IMG/VR virus record: IMGVR_UViG_3300046000_001432
Coordinates: 1 to 28,772 of that record
Length of the DNA stretch: 28,772 nt
From: a virus
Taxonomy: Duplodnaviria > Caudoviricetes
Direction: 5' to 3' (one strand)
This document shows, one piece after another, positions 1 to 8,102 of the stretch (its first letter is position 1; each line of letters starts with the position of its first letter). Below the pieces are notes generated by a model. That model made no database searches. It was not told where the DNA came from and worked only from the letters and a program-made list of their open reading frames with translations. Both the position numbers and the translations under genes were made by a program.

Positions 1-539
1 GTCTTCAGGTATCGGATATTATACACTTTGAACTTGCTTACGAAAACCTTATCAAGATTGAATTGAAGGGTAAGCAGGGGCAAATACAGACTCCAGGCTT
101 CAAAAAGAGAATTGCATACGGTCTAAAAACATCCAAACAGACAAAGATAATTGGTTGTACCAATCTAAAAACGCTTATTGAAAGCGACAAGTTGATTATC
201 AATGACGCTGAAACTATTACAGAATTGACTACATTTTCAGCCGATAAACAATCGTTTAAGGCTGAAGAGGGTAATAACGACGATCTTGCAATGACACTGG
301 TTCATTTTGGATGGTTGACGGCCCAAAGATACTTCAAAGAAAATATAAACAATGATATAAGAGTTACGCTCCAACAAGAACAATTGAACATTATGGATAC
401 GGATTTGACGCCTTTGCCTATTATAGACAACGGCGTTGACCATCCGGATTATGAGGTGGATGAGTTTGGAAACGTGTGGTTTGAAGACAGAACGAAGAGA
501 TATCCTTGGGATGACTTTAACTGGAAAAGAAAGCTGTAA
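1..539 (+). CDS. g17: Terminase large subunit gp17, C-terminal nuclease region (5'-truncated by window)
   Basis: Frame is open from base 3 (LQVSDIIHFELAYENL...) through the listed ORF. It contains GLKTSKQTKIIGCTNLKTLIE and the AEEGNNDDLAMTLVHFGWL motif of T4-like terminases, and lies directly upstream of g18. Confidence 0.93.
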   Translation, partial: LQVSDIIHFELAYENLIKIELKGKQGQIQTPGFKKRIAYGLKTSKQTKIIGCTNLKTLIESDKLIINDAETITELTTFSADKQSFKAEEGNNDDLAMTLVHFGWLTAQRYFKENINNDIRVTLQQEQLNIMDTDLTPLPIIDNGVDHPDYEVDEFGNVWFEDRTKRYPWDDFNWKRKL

Positions 540-551
540 AATCTTCATTTT

Positions 552-559
552 TCTAAATA
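552..559 (+). promoter_or_regulatory. T4-type late promoter (TCTAAATA) for g18
   Basis: 7/8 match to TATAAATA in the g17-g18 intergenic gap, followed by AAAGGAG RBS. Confidence 0.6.
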
Positions 560-599
560 ATAACAACAAGAATAATCCACTTTACAAAGGAGAGATACT

Positions 600-2582
600 A
601 TGGCATTTCAACTGTCACCAGGTGTAAATGTATCTGAATTCGATCTTACTACTATTGTCCCATCAGTTGGAACAACAGAAGGAGCGATTGCAGGACAATT
701 TAATTGGGGCCCAGCTAATACTATTATAACAATTTCAAACGAAAATGAACTTGCTGATAGATTTGGTAAACCAGACGCTAATAACTTTGCAACATGGTTT
801 ACTGCTGCAAATTTCCTATCTTACGCAAGAAATCTTAAGGTTGTTCGCGCAGCCAATGGAACATCTGATAGAAACGCAACAGACGGTGTTGGTTTGTTGA
901 TCCAAAATGAAGATGTATATAATTATAGCTATAATAGCCCATTTACAACAGGAGCAGCAACAACTATTGCCGCTCGTTACTCTGGCGATAAAGGCAACGG
1001 TCTTCGTGTCGCTATCTTTGCTAACGGTCAAAATTCAACAGCTTGGAGCAACTGGACAAGTAACACTGTTTCATATTCTAATCAGTTTGATGCTAAACCA
1101 GGCACTTCTAACTTTGTTGGTAATCGTAGCGGTACAAATGATGAAATGCACATCATTGTCATTGATGAAAAAGGTAACTTCACAGGAACTCCAAATACGG
1201 TTCTAGAAAAGTTTGCTTTTGTATCTAAAGCTTCCGATGCTAAAAACGATGATGGCTCATCAAACTACTATGTAAATGTTGTTAATGATCGTTCAAAATT
1301 CATTTACATCGTAAATCATCAATCAGGAAACACATTTAACGTTGGAACAGTTACAGCGGTAACTAATAGTGCTGCCAAGTTTGATAATAATGACACAGGA
1401 TTCATCATTCTTTCTGGTGGTTCAGGAACTGGAGCAAACGTATCGTTCACTGCAAACAGTAACGGATTTATTGAAAGTGGTATTACCATTAACAGTAGAG
1501 GTACTGGTTACTACGTAGGAGAAACAGTAACTGGCGTTGCTCAGTCTGCTTCTGGCAACGGTTCATCAGCAGTAGTAACGGTAGCACTACAAAATCAGTC
1601 AGTCTTAGCAAACTGGGGTGTGCCAGCTTCTAACACAAACTTTAACTCTGGACCATATGACACATATAATAAATTATTAGCAAATGGTGTATCACAAACG
1701 GTAACTGGTGCAGAACTAATAACTGCTTATGATAAGTTTAAGAATGCAGAAGAGGTTGATATTTCTCTCATTATGGCTGGTGCATCATCTCAAACTGTTG
1801 CTGAATATATTGTTGACAATATTGCTGAAACACGTAAGGATTGTGTAGCATTTATTTCACCTCTAATGGCAAATGTTGTTAACAAAGCGGGTCTAGAAAC
1901 AACTCAAATTACTGCATATAGAGATATGTTTAACTCATCATCTTATGCTGTGATGGACTCAAACTGGAAATATCAGTTCGACAAGTACAATAACGTTTAC
2001 CGTTGGGTACCAATGAACGGCGATATTGCCGGTCTATGTGTAAGAACAGACTTTGAGCGTGATCCATGGTATTCACCAGCTGGATTCAATCGTGGTCAGA
2101 TCAAGAATGTTACAAAACTTGCTTGGAATCCAGACAAGACTGCAAGAGATGAACTATACAAGAAGGGCGTTAATCCAATTGTATCATTCCCAGGCGAAGG
2201 TACAGTTCTATACGGAGATAAAACACTCCTAGCTCGCCCATCAGCATTTGATCGTATCAACGTTCGTAGATTGTTCATTGTCCTTGAAAAGGCAATTGCA
2301 AGAGCAGCTAAGTATTCACTCTTCGAATTTAACGATGAATTTACTCGCGCTCAATTTGTATCTCTAGTAGAACCATATCTACGTGATGTGCAGGGTCGTC
2401 GTGGTATCTATCAGTATCGCGTAGTTTGCGATCAGACCAATAACACTCCAGAGGTTATTGACCGCAACGAATTTATTGGTGATATCTACATCAAGCCTGC
2501 TAGAAGCATCAACTTCATTCAGCTTAACTTTATTGCTGTTAGAACTGGTGTTGCCTTTGATGAAATCGTTGGTAAGTTTTAA
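600..2582 (+). CDS. g18: Tail sheath protein gp18
   Basis: N-terminal LSPGVNVSEFDLT, PWYSPAGFNRGQI, and C-terminal FDRINVRRLF / YIKPARSINFIQLNF; 660 aa; AGGAG RBS. Confidence 0.97.
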   Translation: MAFQLSPGVNVSEFDLTTIVPSVGTTEGAIAGQFNWGPANTIITISNENELADRFGKPDANNFATWFTAANFLSYARNLKVVRAANGTSDRNATDGVGLLIQNEDVYNYSYNSPFTTGAATTIAARYSGDKGNGLRVAIFANGQNSTAWSNWTSNTVSYSNQFDAKPGTSNFVGNRSGTNDEMHIIVIDEKGNFTGTPNTVLEKFAFVSKASDAKNDDGSSNYYVNVVNDRSKFIYIVNHQSGNTFNVGTVTAVTNSAAKFDNNDTGFIILSGGSGTGANVSFTANSNGFIESGITINSRGTGYYVGETVTGVAQSASGNGSSAVVTVALQNQSVLANWGVPASNTNFNSGPYDTYNKLLANGVSQTVTGAELITAYDKFKNAEEVDISLIMAGASSQTVAEYIVDNIAETRKDCVAFISPLMANVVNKAGLETTQITAYRDMFNSSSYAVMDSNWKYQFDKYNNVYRWVPMNGDIAGLCVRTDFERDPWYSPAGFNRGQIKNVTKLAWNPDKTARDELYKKGVNPIVSFPGEGTVLYGDKTLLARPSAFDRINVRRLFIVLEKAIARAAKYSLFEFNDEFTRAQFVSLVEPYLRDVQGRRGIYQYRVVCDQTNNTPEVIDRNEFIGDIYIKPARSINFIQLNFIAVRTGVAFDEIVGKF

Positions 2583-2595
2583 TTAATAAAATGAA

Positions 2596-2603
2596 CATAA
2601 ATA
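2596..2603 (+). promoter_or_regulatory. T4-type late promoter (CATAAATA) for g19
   Basis: 7/8 match to TATAAATA, 18 nt upstream of the ATG, with GAGGAG RBS between. Confidence 0.65.
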
Positions 2604-2621
2604 GATTCAGAGGAGAATAAA

Positions 2622-3221
2622 ATGGCAGAGTTTAACGTAGCTAACTTTAGATCACAAATGGTAGGAGATGGTGCAAGACCTAATTTGTTCTCTTGCACCA
2701 TTCCAGACTTAGCAGTAAATATAAATGGTGAAACCGGTTCCGAAGTCGCTTTCAACTTTATGTGTAGAGCAGCCCAGCTTCCAGGTTCCACTGTGAACAG
2801 CATTCCTGTAAACTACTTTGGTCGTGAACTAAAGTTCTCAGGAAACCGCGTGTTTTCGGAGTGGACAGTTACAATCATCAATGATGAAGATTTCAAGATC
2901 CGTAATACATTTGAAAAGTGGATGAGTTCACTTAACTCACATGTTAGCAATCTTCGTAATCTTGTAAGCCCATTGGCTTACCAGAAAGATGGTTATGTAA
3001 CTCAGTATGGTAAGGCTGGTAATATCATTAAAGAATATCAATTTGTAGGACTTTTCCCAATTGATGTTAGTCCAATTGAACTTGATTGGTCAGCAAACGA
3101 TTCTATTGAAGAATTTGCTGTGACCTTTGCTTACCAATGGTGGCAATCTACAAACCCAGCATCAAGGGCTACTACAGACACTACTCAGGCTGGCCCAAGT
3201 GCTGGTCTGGGACTCGTCTAA
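2622..3221 (+). CDS. g19: Tail tube protein gp19
   Basis: GARPNLF, AAQLPGS, GRELKFSGNRVFSEWTVTIINDEDF and IEEFAVTFAYQWW motifs; position between sheath and portal. Confidence 0.96.
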   Translation: MAEFNVANFRSQMVGDGARPNLFSCTIPDLAVNINGETGSEVAFNFMCRAAQLPGSTVNSIPVNYFGRELKFSGNRVFSEWTVTIINDEDFKIRNTFEKWMSSLNSHVSNLRNLVSPLAYQKDGYVTQYGKAGNIIKEYQFVGLFPIDVSPIELDWSANDSIEEFAVTFAYQWWQSTNPASRATTDTTQAGPSAGLGLV

Positions 3222-3229
3222 TTACATTA

Positions 3230-3237
3230 TATAAACA
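3230..3237 (+). promoter_or_regulatory. Possible late promoter (TATAAACA) for g20
   Basis: 7/8 match to TATAAATA in the g19-g20 gap. Confidence 0.45.
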
Positions 3238-3259
3238 GGGTGGGGAGAAATCCCCACCC
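3238..3259 (+). terminator. Perfect 9-bp GC-rich hairpin with GAAA tetraloop (weak terminator or RNA stability element)
   Basis: GGGTGGGGA-GAAA-TCCCCACCC; followed by ATTCAAAC with no U-tract, so its termination role is uncertain. Confidence 0.5.
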
Positions 3260-3278
3260 ATTCAAACTGGAGTGAGTA

Positions 3279-5012
3279 ATGGTCCAACTTTTTGGCTTTG
3301 AGATAAGTCGCAAAAAACAACAAGATCAAGAAGAGAAGAATAAGTCTTTCGCGCTGCCACAAAATGATGACGGCGCTGTTACTATTCAATCAGGTGCTTA
3401 TTATGGTACCTATGTTGATCTTGATGGTGTTGTTAGAAATGAAATTGAACTTATCACTCGCTATCGTGAAATGGCGATGCAGCCTGAATTGGAAACTGCT
3501 ATCGATGAAATTGTTAACGAAGCAATCGTTAACGATGATTCCGAATCAGGTGTCGAACTAGATACCGATGAACTAAAACAACCCGAAAATATCAAAAAGA
3601 AGATTAGAGAAGAGTTTGACTATGTTCTCAAGCTTCTAGACTTTGGTAATATGGGGCATGAACTATTTCGTCGTTGGTATACGGATGGTAGACTATTCTA
3701 TCACGTTATCATAGATGATAAGTCACCAGCAAAAGGCATTCAGGAACTTAGATATATTGATCCGCGCCGTATTCGTAAGATCCGTGAAATCCAAAAAGCA
3801 AAAGATACCGTATCTGGTATGGAAATTATCAAGAATATGAAAGAATACTACCTCTATAATGAAAGAGGTATGATTGGTGCACATTCTAACTTAGGCACAA
3901 AGATTGCAATCGATGCCGTCGTTAACGTCAACTCAGGGCTAATGGACTCAAAGAGAGCAATGGTTCTTTCTTATCTCCACAAAGCAATCAAGCCACTTAA
4001 TCAATTACGTATGGTAGAAGATGCAACAGTTATCTACCGTCTCTCACGCGCGCCCGAGCGCAGAGTATTCTACATTGACGTTGGTAACATGCCAACAATC
4101 AAGGCCGAACAATATCTTCGTGATGTTATGGCTAAGTATCGTAACAAGCTTGTATATGATTCCAGTACTGGCGAAATCAAAGATGACCGTAAGCACCTTT
4201 CAATGCTTGAAGACTTCTGGCTACCTCGTCGTGAAGGTGGTAAAGGAACAGAAATCACAACTCTACCAGGCGGTATGAACCTTGGTGAGTTGGAAGATGT
4301 TAAGTACTTTGAAAAGAAGCTATACAAGGCTCTTGGTGTTCCTATCTCTCGTTTGGAACAGTCACAGGGTTTCTCTCTTGGACGTTCAACAGAAATCACA
4401 AGGGATGAGCTAAAGTTTACTAAGTTTGTTAATCGTCTTCGTAACAAATTCTCTACATTGTTTGATGAACTACTTAAACTTCAACTTGTGCTTAAAAAAA
4501 TCTGCACGGAAGAAGAATGGAAAGAGTTTAAGGAAAACATTTGGTATGACTTTAAGAAAGACAACAACTTTACTGAGCTTAAGGAAGCTGAACTCCTTCA
4601 AAATAGAATTACAACTCTTCAATTAGTGGATCCATATGTTGGTCGTTATTACTCAATGGCATGGGTTCGCAAGAATGTTCTTCAAATGGACGATGATGAG
4701 ATTGAAGAGATTATGCAGCAAATCGAAGAAGAGAAGGCCGCTAATACACCAGTTGATGAGCAAGGTAATCCACTTCCAACAGATGAAATGGGTAATCCAT
4801 TACCGCCGGCGCCACCAACACCAAATATTGTTCCGCCGACGCCTCAAGAAGGTATGATGCAACAGTATATGGCACAGCAGGGTGTTCCGCCAGAAGAACA
4901 ACCAGTTCAAGATGGAACAGGCAAAGATACAATGGATCCTCTTGACATGGGAGCAAACTCAACATCAAGAAAGCAACGCTTTGTAAATGATACCTTGGAG
5001 CCTGTTCGTTGA
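3279..5012 (+). CDS. g20: Portal vertex protein gp20
   Basis: LFGFEI N-terminus, YLHKAIKPLNQLRMVEDATVIYRLSRAPERRVFYIDVGNMP, and EDFWLPRREGGKGTEITTLPGG. Confidence 0.98.
   Translation: MVQLFGFEISRKKQQDQEEKNKSFALPQNDDGAVTIQSGAYYGTYVDLDGVVRNEIELITRYREMAMQPELETAIDEIVNEAIVNDDSESGVELDTDELKQPENIKKKIREEFDYVLKLLDFGNMGHELFRRWYTDGRLFYHVIIDDKSPAKGIQELRYIDPRRIRKIREIQKAKDTVSGMEIIKNMKEYYLYNERGMIGAHSNLGTKIAIDAVVNVNSGLMDSKRAMVLSYLHKAIKPLNQLRMVEDATVIYRLSRAPERRVFYIDVGNMPTIKAEQYLRDVMAKYRNKLVYDSSTGEIKDDRKHLSMLEDFWLPRREGGKGTEITTLPGGMNLGELEDVKYFEKKLYKALGVPISRLEQSQGFSLGRSTEITRDELKFTKFVNRLRNKFSTLFDELLKLQLVLKKICTEEEWKEFKENIWYDFKKDNNFTELKEAELLQNRITTLQLVDPYVGRYYSMAWVRKNVLQMDDDEIEEIMQQIEEEKAANTPVDEQGNPLPTDEMGNPLPPAPPTPNIVPPTPQEGMMQQYMAQQGVPPEEQPVQDGTGKDTMDPLDMGANSTSRKQRFVNDTLEPVR
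4749..4805 (+). repeat. Two-copy 27-nt coding tandem repeat in the portal C-terminal tail
   Basis: PVDEQGNPL / PTDEMGNPL; DNA GATGAGCAAGGTAATCCACTTCCA versus GATGAAATGGGTAATCCATTACCG. Confidence 0.8.
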
Positions 5013-5995
5013 AGAAGTTTGGTAAATATCTGGATGAAAGTTTAGCACTTCAGGCCAAGGCAGAACCTAAATCTGCGGCTGCTAAAGAAGCCCGTAGGAT
5101 GGGTTTAACCTATATGGGTTTTGGTCGTTATGCTGATAGAAAAGGTAAACTTGCTTATCTAGTACACGATGATAAACTTGTTCCATATAAAGGACAAGAT
5201 GACGTTGATCATATGTATTATAAAGCTTCCACAATGCAACAAAGTGAACCTGTATCTAAAAAGAAGAACATAAGTCCAACTGTTAAGGGGCAACCAGCAC
5301 AACCAAGTAAGGCCGATCTTCTTAAAAAAGATGCGGATTTTTATACCGGCGTTAACTCCAAAAGAAGTAAAGAAGACGCTAAAATATTAAAAGACCTATA
5401 CAAAGATGCTAATGCGGTAGATAAAGAACTGTTTAAGTTTTATCAGCCAAACATGTTTGATGAAACAGAACTACAAGCCATTGAACAGTATACAGCCGAT
5501 GGATACGCAGATATAAACAGATACCTATATAAAGGTCATGATGAAGGCACTACACAAGAACAGGACGATTATATAAATCGAACAATAGAAACTTTAGATT
5601 CCGCTTTTGAAGAAACGCAAACACCATTTCCATATACTGTATATTCAGGTCTTAGTTCTCGTTATAGCGCAGATAAATTTCAACTCGGTGGTGAATATGT
5701 TTTTAGAGGATACGTTTCCACATCACTAGATTTCAATACTGCTATTGGTGGATTTGCTGATGTTGGAGATAAAGATCAACCAGTTGTATTACAGGTAGAA
5801 CTTAAAAAAGGTCAAAAAGCAATATACCTTGATGCTGTTTCAGCCAATTCAGGTGAAAGAGAAACGCTTCTTCCAAGAGGATCAAGGATTAAAGTTATAT
5901 CAGGTCCTCATGTGCTTGATTCAAATCTTTTTACGGATGCTTATGGAACTAGTTCAATTGCGCTTTTCCATTGCTCAGTCATAGAAGATTCATAA
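5009..5995 (+). CDS. VIP2/Alt-like ADP-ribosyltransferase with putative capsid-targeting N-terminus
   Basis: AIEQYTADGYADINRYL helix, VYSG, GYVSTSLD and GERETLLPRGS (E-x-E) motifs. TTG start overlaps the portal TGA (TTGA), with GGAG at 4997-5000. Leader MKKFGKYLDE resembles the T4 internal-protein leader MKTYQEFIAE. Confidence 0.85.
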   Translation: MKKFGKYLDESLALQAKAEPKSAAAKEARRMGLTYMGFGRYADRKGKLAYLVHDDKLVPYKGQDDVDHMYYKASTMQQSEPVSKKKNISPTVKGQPAQPSKADLLKKDADFYTGVNSKRSKEDAKILKDLYKDANAVDKELFKFYQPNMFDETELQAIEQYTADGYADINRYLYKGHDEGTTQEQDDYINRTIETLDSAFEETQTPFPYTVYSGLSSRYSADKFQLGGEYVFRGYVSTSLDFNTAIGGFADVGDKDQPVVLQVELKKGQKAIYLDAVSANSGERETLLPRGSRIKVISGPHVLDSNLFTDAYGTSSIALFHCSVIEDS

Positions 5996-5998
5996 ATA
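5991..5998 (+). promoter_or_regulatory. T4-type late promoter (CATAAATA)
   Basis: 7/8 match, overlapping the ART stop codon, upstream of the TAGGAG RBS of the 6026 gene. Confidence 0.65.
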
Positions 5999-6025
5999 TA
6001 ATACTAAACGTTTAGGAGAACAAAC

Positions 6026-6430
6026 ATGTCGATTAAAAGAGCATTAGACAACATTCTAGAAGGCAATCTAGATGAAATGCGTCAGAACTTTTCTTCTGCT
6101 TTGACAACCAAAGCCGTTGAGAAGTTAGAAGAGCGCAAGATTGAAATTGCCAAGAACTACTTTGGTCAGATGCAAGAAGGAAATGCACAAAATAGCGGTG
6201 CAGCTATGATGAAAAATCCAACTCAACGTCCTTATAATTCAAAAAGTAGTCCGTCTGGCGGATATTATGATGTTATGAATCAAGCAATATCTATAGGTAA
6301 TGAAATGAAGCGTAATCCAGATGCACAAAAATTAAAGAATAGTGCAATAGGATTAAGAGGTTCTTTAAAAAAAGCACAAGATGTTGAAAAAAAATCTGAA
6401 GCTAATCTTTCACAAATGAAGAAGAAGTAA
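6026..6430 (+). CDS. g67: Prohead core protein gp67-like with C-terminal extension
   Basis: First ~50 aa (ILEGNLDEMRQNFSSAL...LEERKIEIAKNYF) resemble T4 gp67 (...KEEKIAIARNF); lies between g20 and g21. Confidence 0.65.
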   Translation: MSIKRALDNILEGNLDEMRQNFSSALTTKAVEKLEERKIEIAKNYFGQMQEGNAQNSGAAMMKNPTQRPYNSKSSPSGGYYDVMNQAISIGNEMKRNPDAQKLKNSAIGLRGSLKKAQDVEKKSEANLSQMKKK

Positions 6431-6436
6431 TATAAC

Positions 6437-8101
6437 ATGAACAACATCAAACAGATCCGCGAACAATTTGATTTAATTACTGAAAAAGAAGAGAAGGAAG
6501 ACCGCAAACTTTCCGCTCTTGTTCGTGCTGGTTTGTATGATGCTAAGAAACTTCCTGCTCTTAAGAGAGCATTAGAAAAGTCGGCTGATAAGATCACTTC
6601 TCAAGAAAAACGTATGCTTGTAAATCTTCTTGATTCCCTTATCTCACAAGTTGTCAGCGATGATCAAGTCTATCGTAAAGTTAGACAGAATGTTCATAAT
6701 GTATCCGAAGCTAAGATGGATACCTATTCCAAATTTGATCCAAGATATAAGGCTGGTTGGCCAACTGATAAAGAAATGCCATCAGTTCTTATCTTAAAAA
6801 GAAAAGCTATTAGAGTGTACCCAGATAATCAAAAAGTTGCTTTGTATTACTCACAGGCCTTAGACAAGTATGTAACAATTCCATATAATGATATACAGAT
6901 GGGTTTGAACGAAGCTAAGAAAGATGATGATAATAAAAAGAAGTACTATATAAAACCAAAAAAAGCAAAAAGAAACAAGAATATACCTAAAGATGGCAGT
7001 GTATCTGACACTAAAGATTTGATACAAGGTAAAGGTCAATATAAATCCAAATTATCAAGAGCTAACGAATTGAGAAGAGATGGTTTTAATATTGGTGGAA
7101 TTCTTGGTATAATGATGCATGATGATGAAAGAAAAAAAAGAGCTACAACTTCATTAGCTAAAATAAAAGCTCACATGGATAAAACACGCAGTTCAGAACC
7201 AGTTAAGGAAACACCTGCTGCTTCAACTTCTGTTCCAAAATCAAAACCTGCAGCGTCTAAAGCTAAAGCAAAGACAGATAGCAGTTCTACAATTCGCAAG
7301 AAGAGTCCGGCGGCTACTAAAGCTGCGATGAATAAGATTTTAAAGAAAAATCCAAAGGCAACTTTTTCCAAAGGTGCAACAGATCAAGCTGGAATTGCAG
7401 AAGATTTTAAACATAATTTAAGTGTTATTAGAGAATCGAAGCAACTAAATGAGCAAGAGCAAGTAAATGAGATTTGGCCTTATCTTGCGGTTGCTGCTAC
7501 AGGACTAAGAGCTGCCGCTGGCGCAGCTACCCGAGCACTTCCCGGTTTAACTGCAAGAGGGGCCGCCGCAAGAGGTGCAGCAGGTACAGCAGCTAGAGCA
7601 GGAAAAGGCGCAGCTGGTAAAGCAGGAAGAGGTGCCAGAGGTAAGTGGTTAAGAAGAGCAGGTCGTCTTGGGGCTCTTGGGGCACTCGCAGGATCATTGG
7701 GCGGTGGTTCAGGAAGTGGATCAAACGCATCTGATTTGCCAGCTTCACGAAATTATGACTTCAAGGCTAAACCAGGATTAAAAAACTCATTTGTAGATTA
7801 TAAAGCGCCTTCAGATACCACTATTCGTCAGACAGACTACCAGTTAAACAAAAAAGCGCAAAAAGCTATGATGGGTGAATCCAACGTATTGCATACAATC
7901 AAGTCAATTGTAGAAAACGATATATCGGAACAAACTATTCGATTCAACGAAAATGAAATTACTATAAATAACACAGTAGCTAAAAAATTATTAAACGTGT
8001 ACGAATCAGTCAACAAAACCAATAAAAAGAAAATGGAACAGATGTTGAATGAAAGTGCTACATCTTTCAATAAAGTTTTAACATTCGCAGTAAGGCAGTA
8101 A
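6437..8101 (+). CDS. Putative prohead core / internal head polyprotein (554 aa)
   Basis: Long ORF in the head cluster with repeated L/I/V-x-E sites (ITE, VSE, LNE, IAE, IRE, LNE, VNE) separating Lys-rich, Ala/Gly/Arg-rich and globular segments. Confidence 0.6.
   Translation: MNNIKQIREQFDLITEKEEKEDRKLSALVRAGLYDAKKLPALKRALEKSADKITSQEKRMLVNLLDSLISQVVSDDQVYRKVRQNVHNVSEAKMDTYSKFDPRYKAGWPTDKEMPSVLILKRKAIRVYPDNQKVALYYSQALDKYVTIPYNDIQMGLNEAKKDDDNKKKYYIKPKKAKRNKNIPKDGSVSDTKDLIQGKGQYKSKLSRANELRRDGFNIGGILGIMMHDDERKKRATTSLAKIKAHMDKTRSSEPVKETPAASTSVPKSKPAASKAKAKTDSSSTIRKKSPAATKAAMNKILKKNPKATFSKGATDQAGIAEDFKHNLSVIRESKQLNEQEQVNEIWPYLAVAATGLRAAAGAATRALPGLTARGAAARGAAGTAARAGKGAAGKAGRGARGKWLRRAGRLGALGALAGSLGGGSGSGSNASDLPASRNYDFKAKPGLKNSFVDYKAPSDTTIRQTDYQLNKKAQKAMMGESNVLHTIKSIVENDISEQTIRFNENEITINNTVAKKLLNVYESVNKTNKKKMEQMLNESATSFNKVLTFAVRQ
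7963..7970 (+). promoter_or_regulatory. Intragenic T4-type late promoter (TATAAATA)
   Basis: Perfect consensus ending 132 nt upstream of the 8103 gene; could be chance in AT-rich DNA. Confidence 0.45.
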
Positions 8102-8102
8102 G

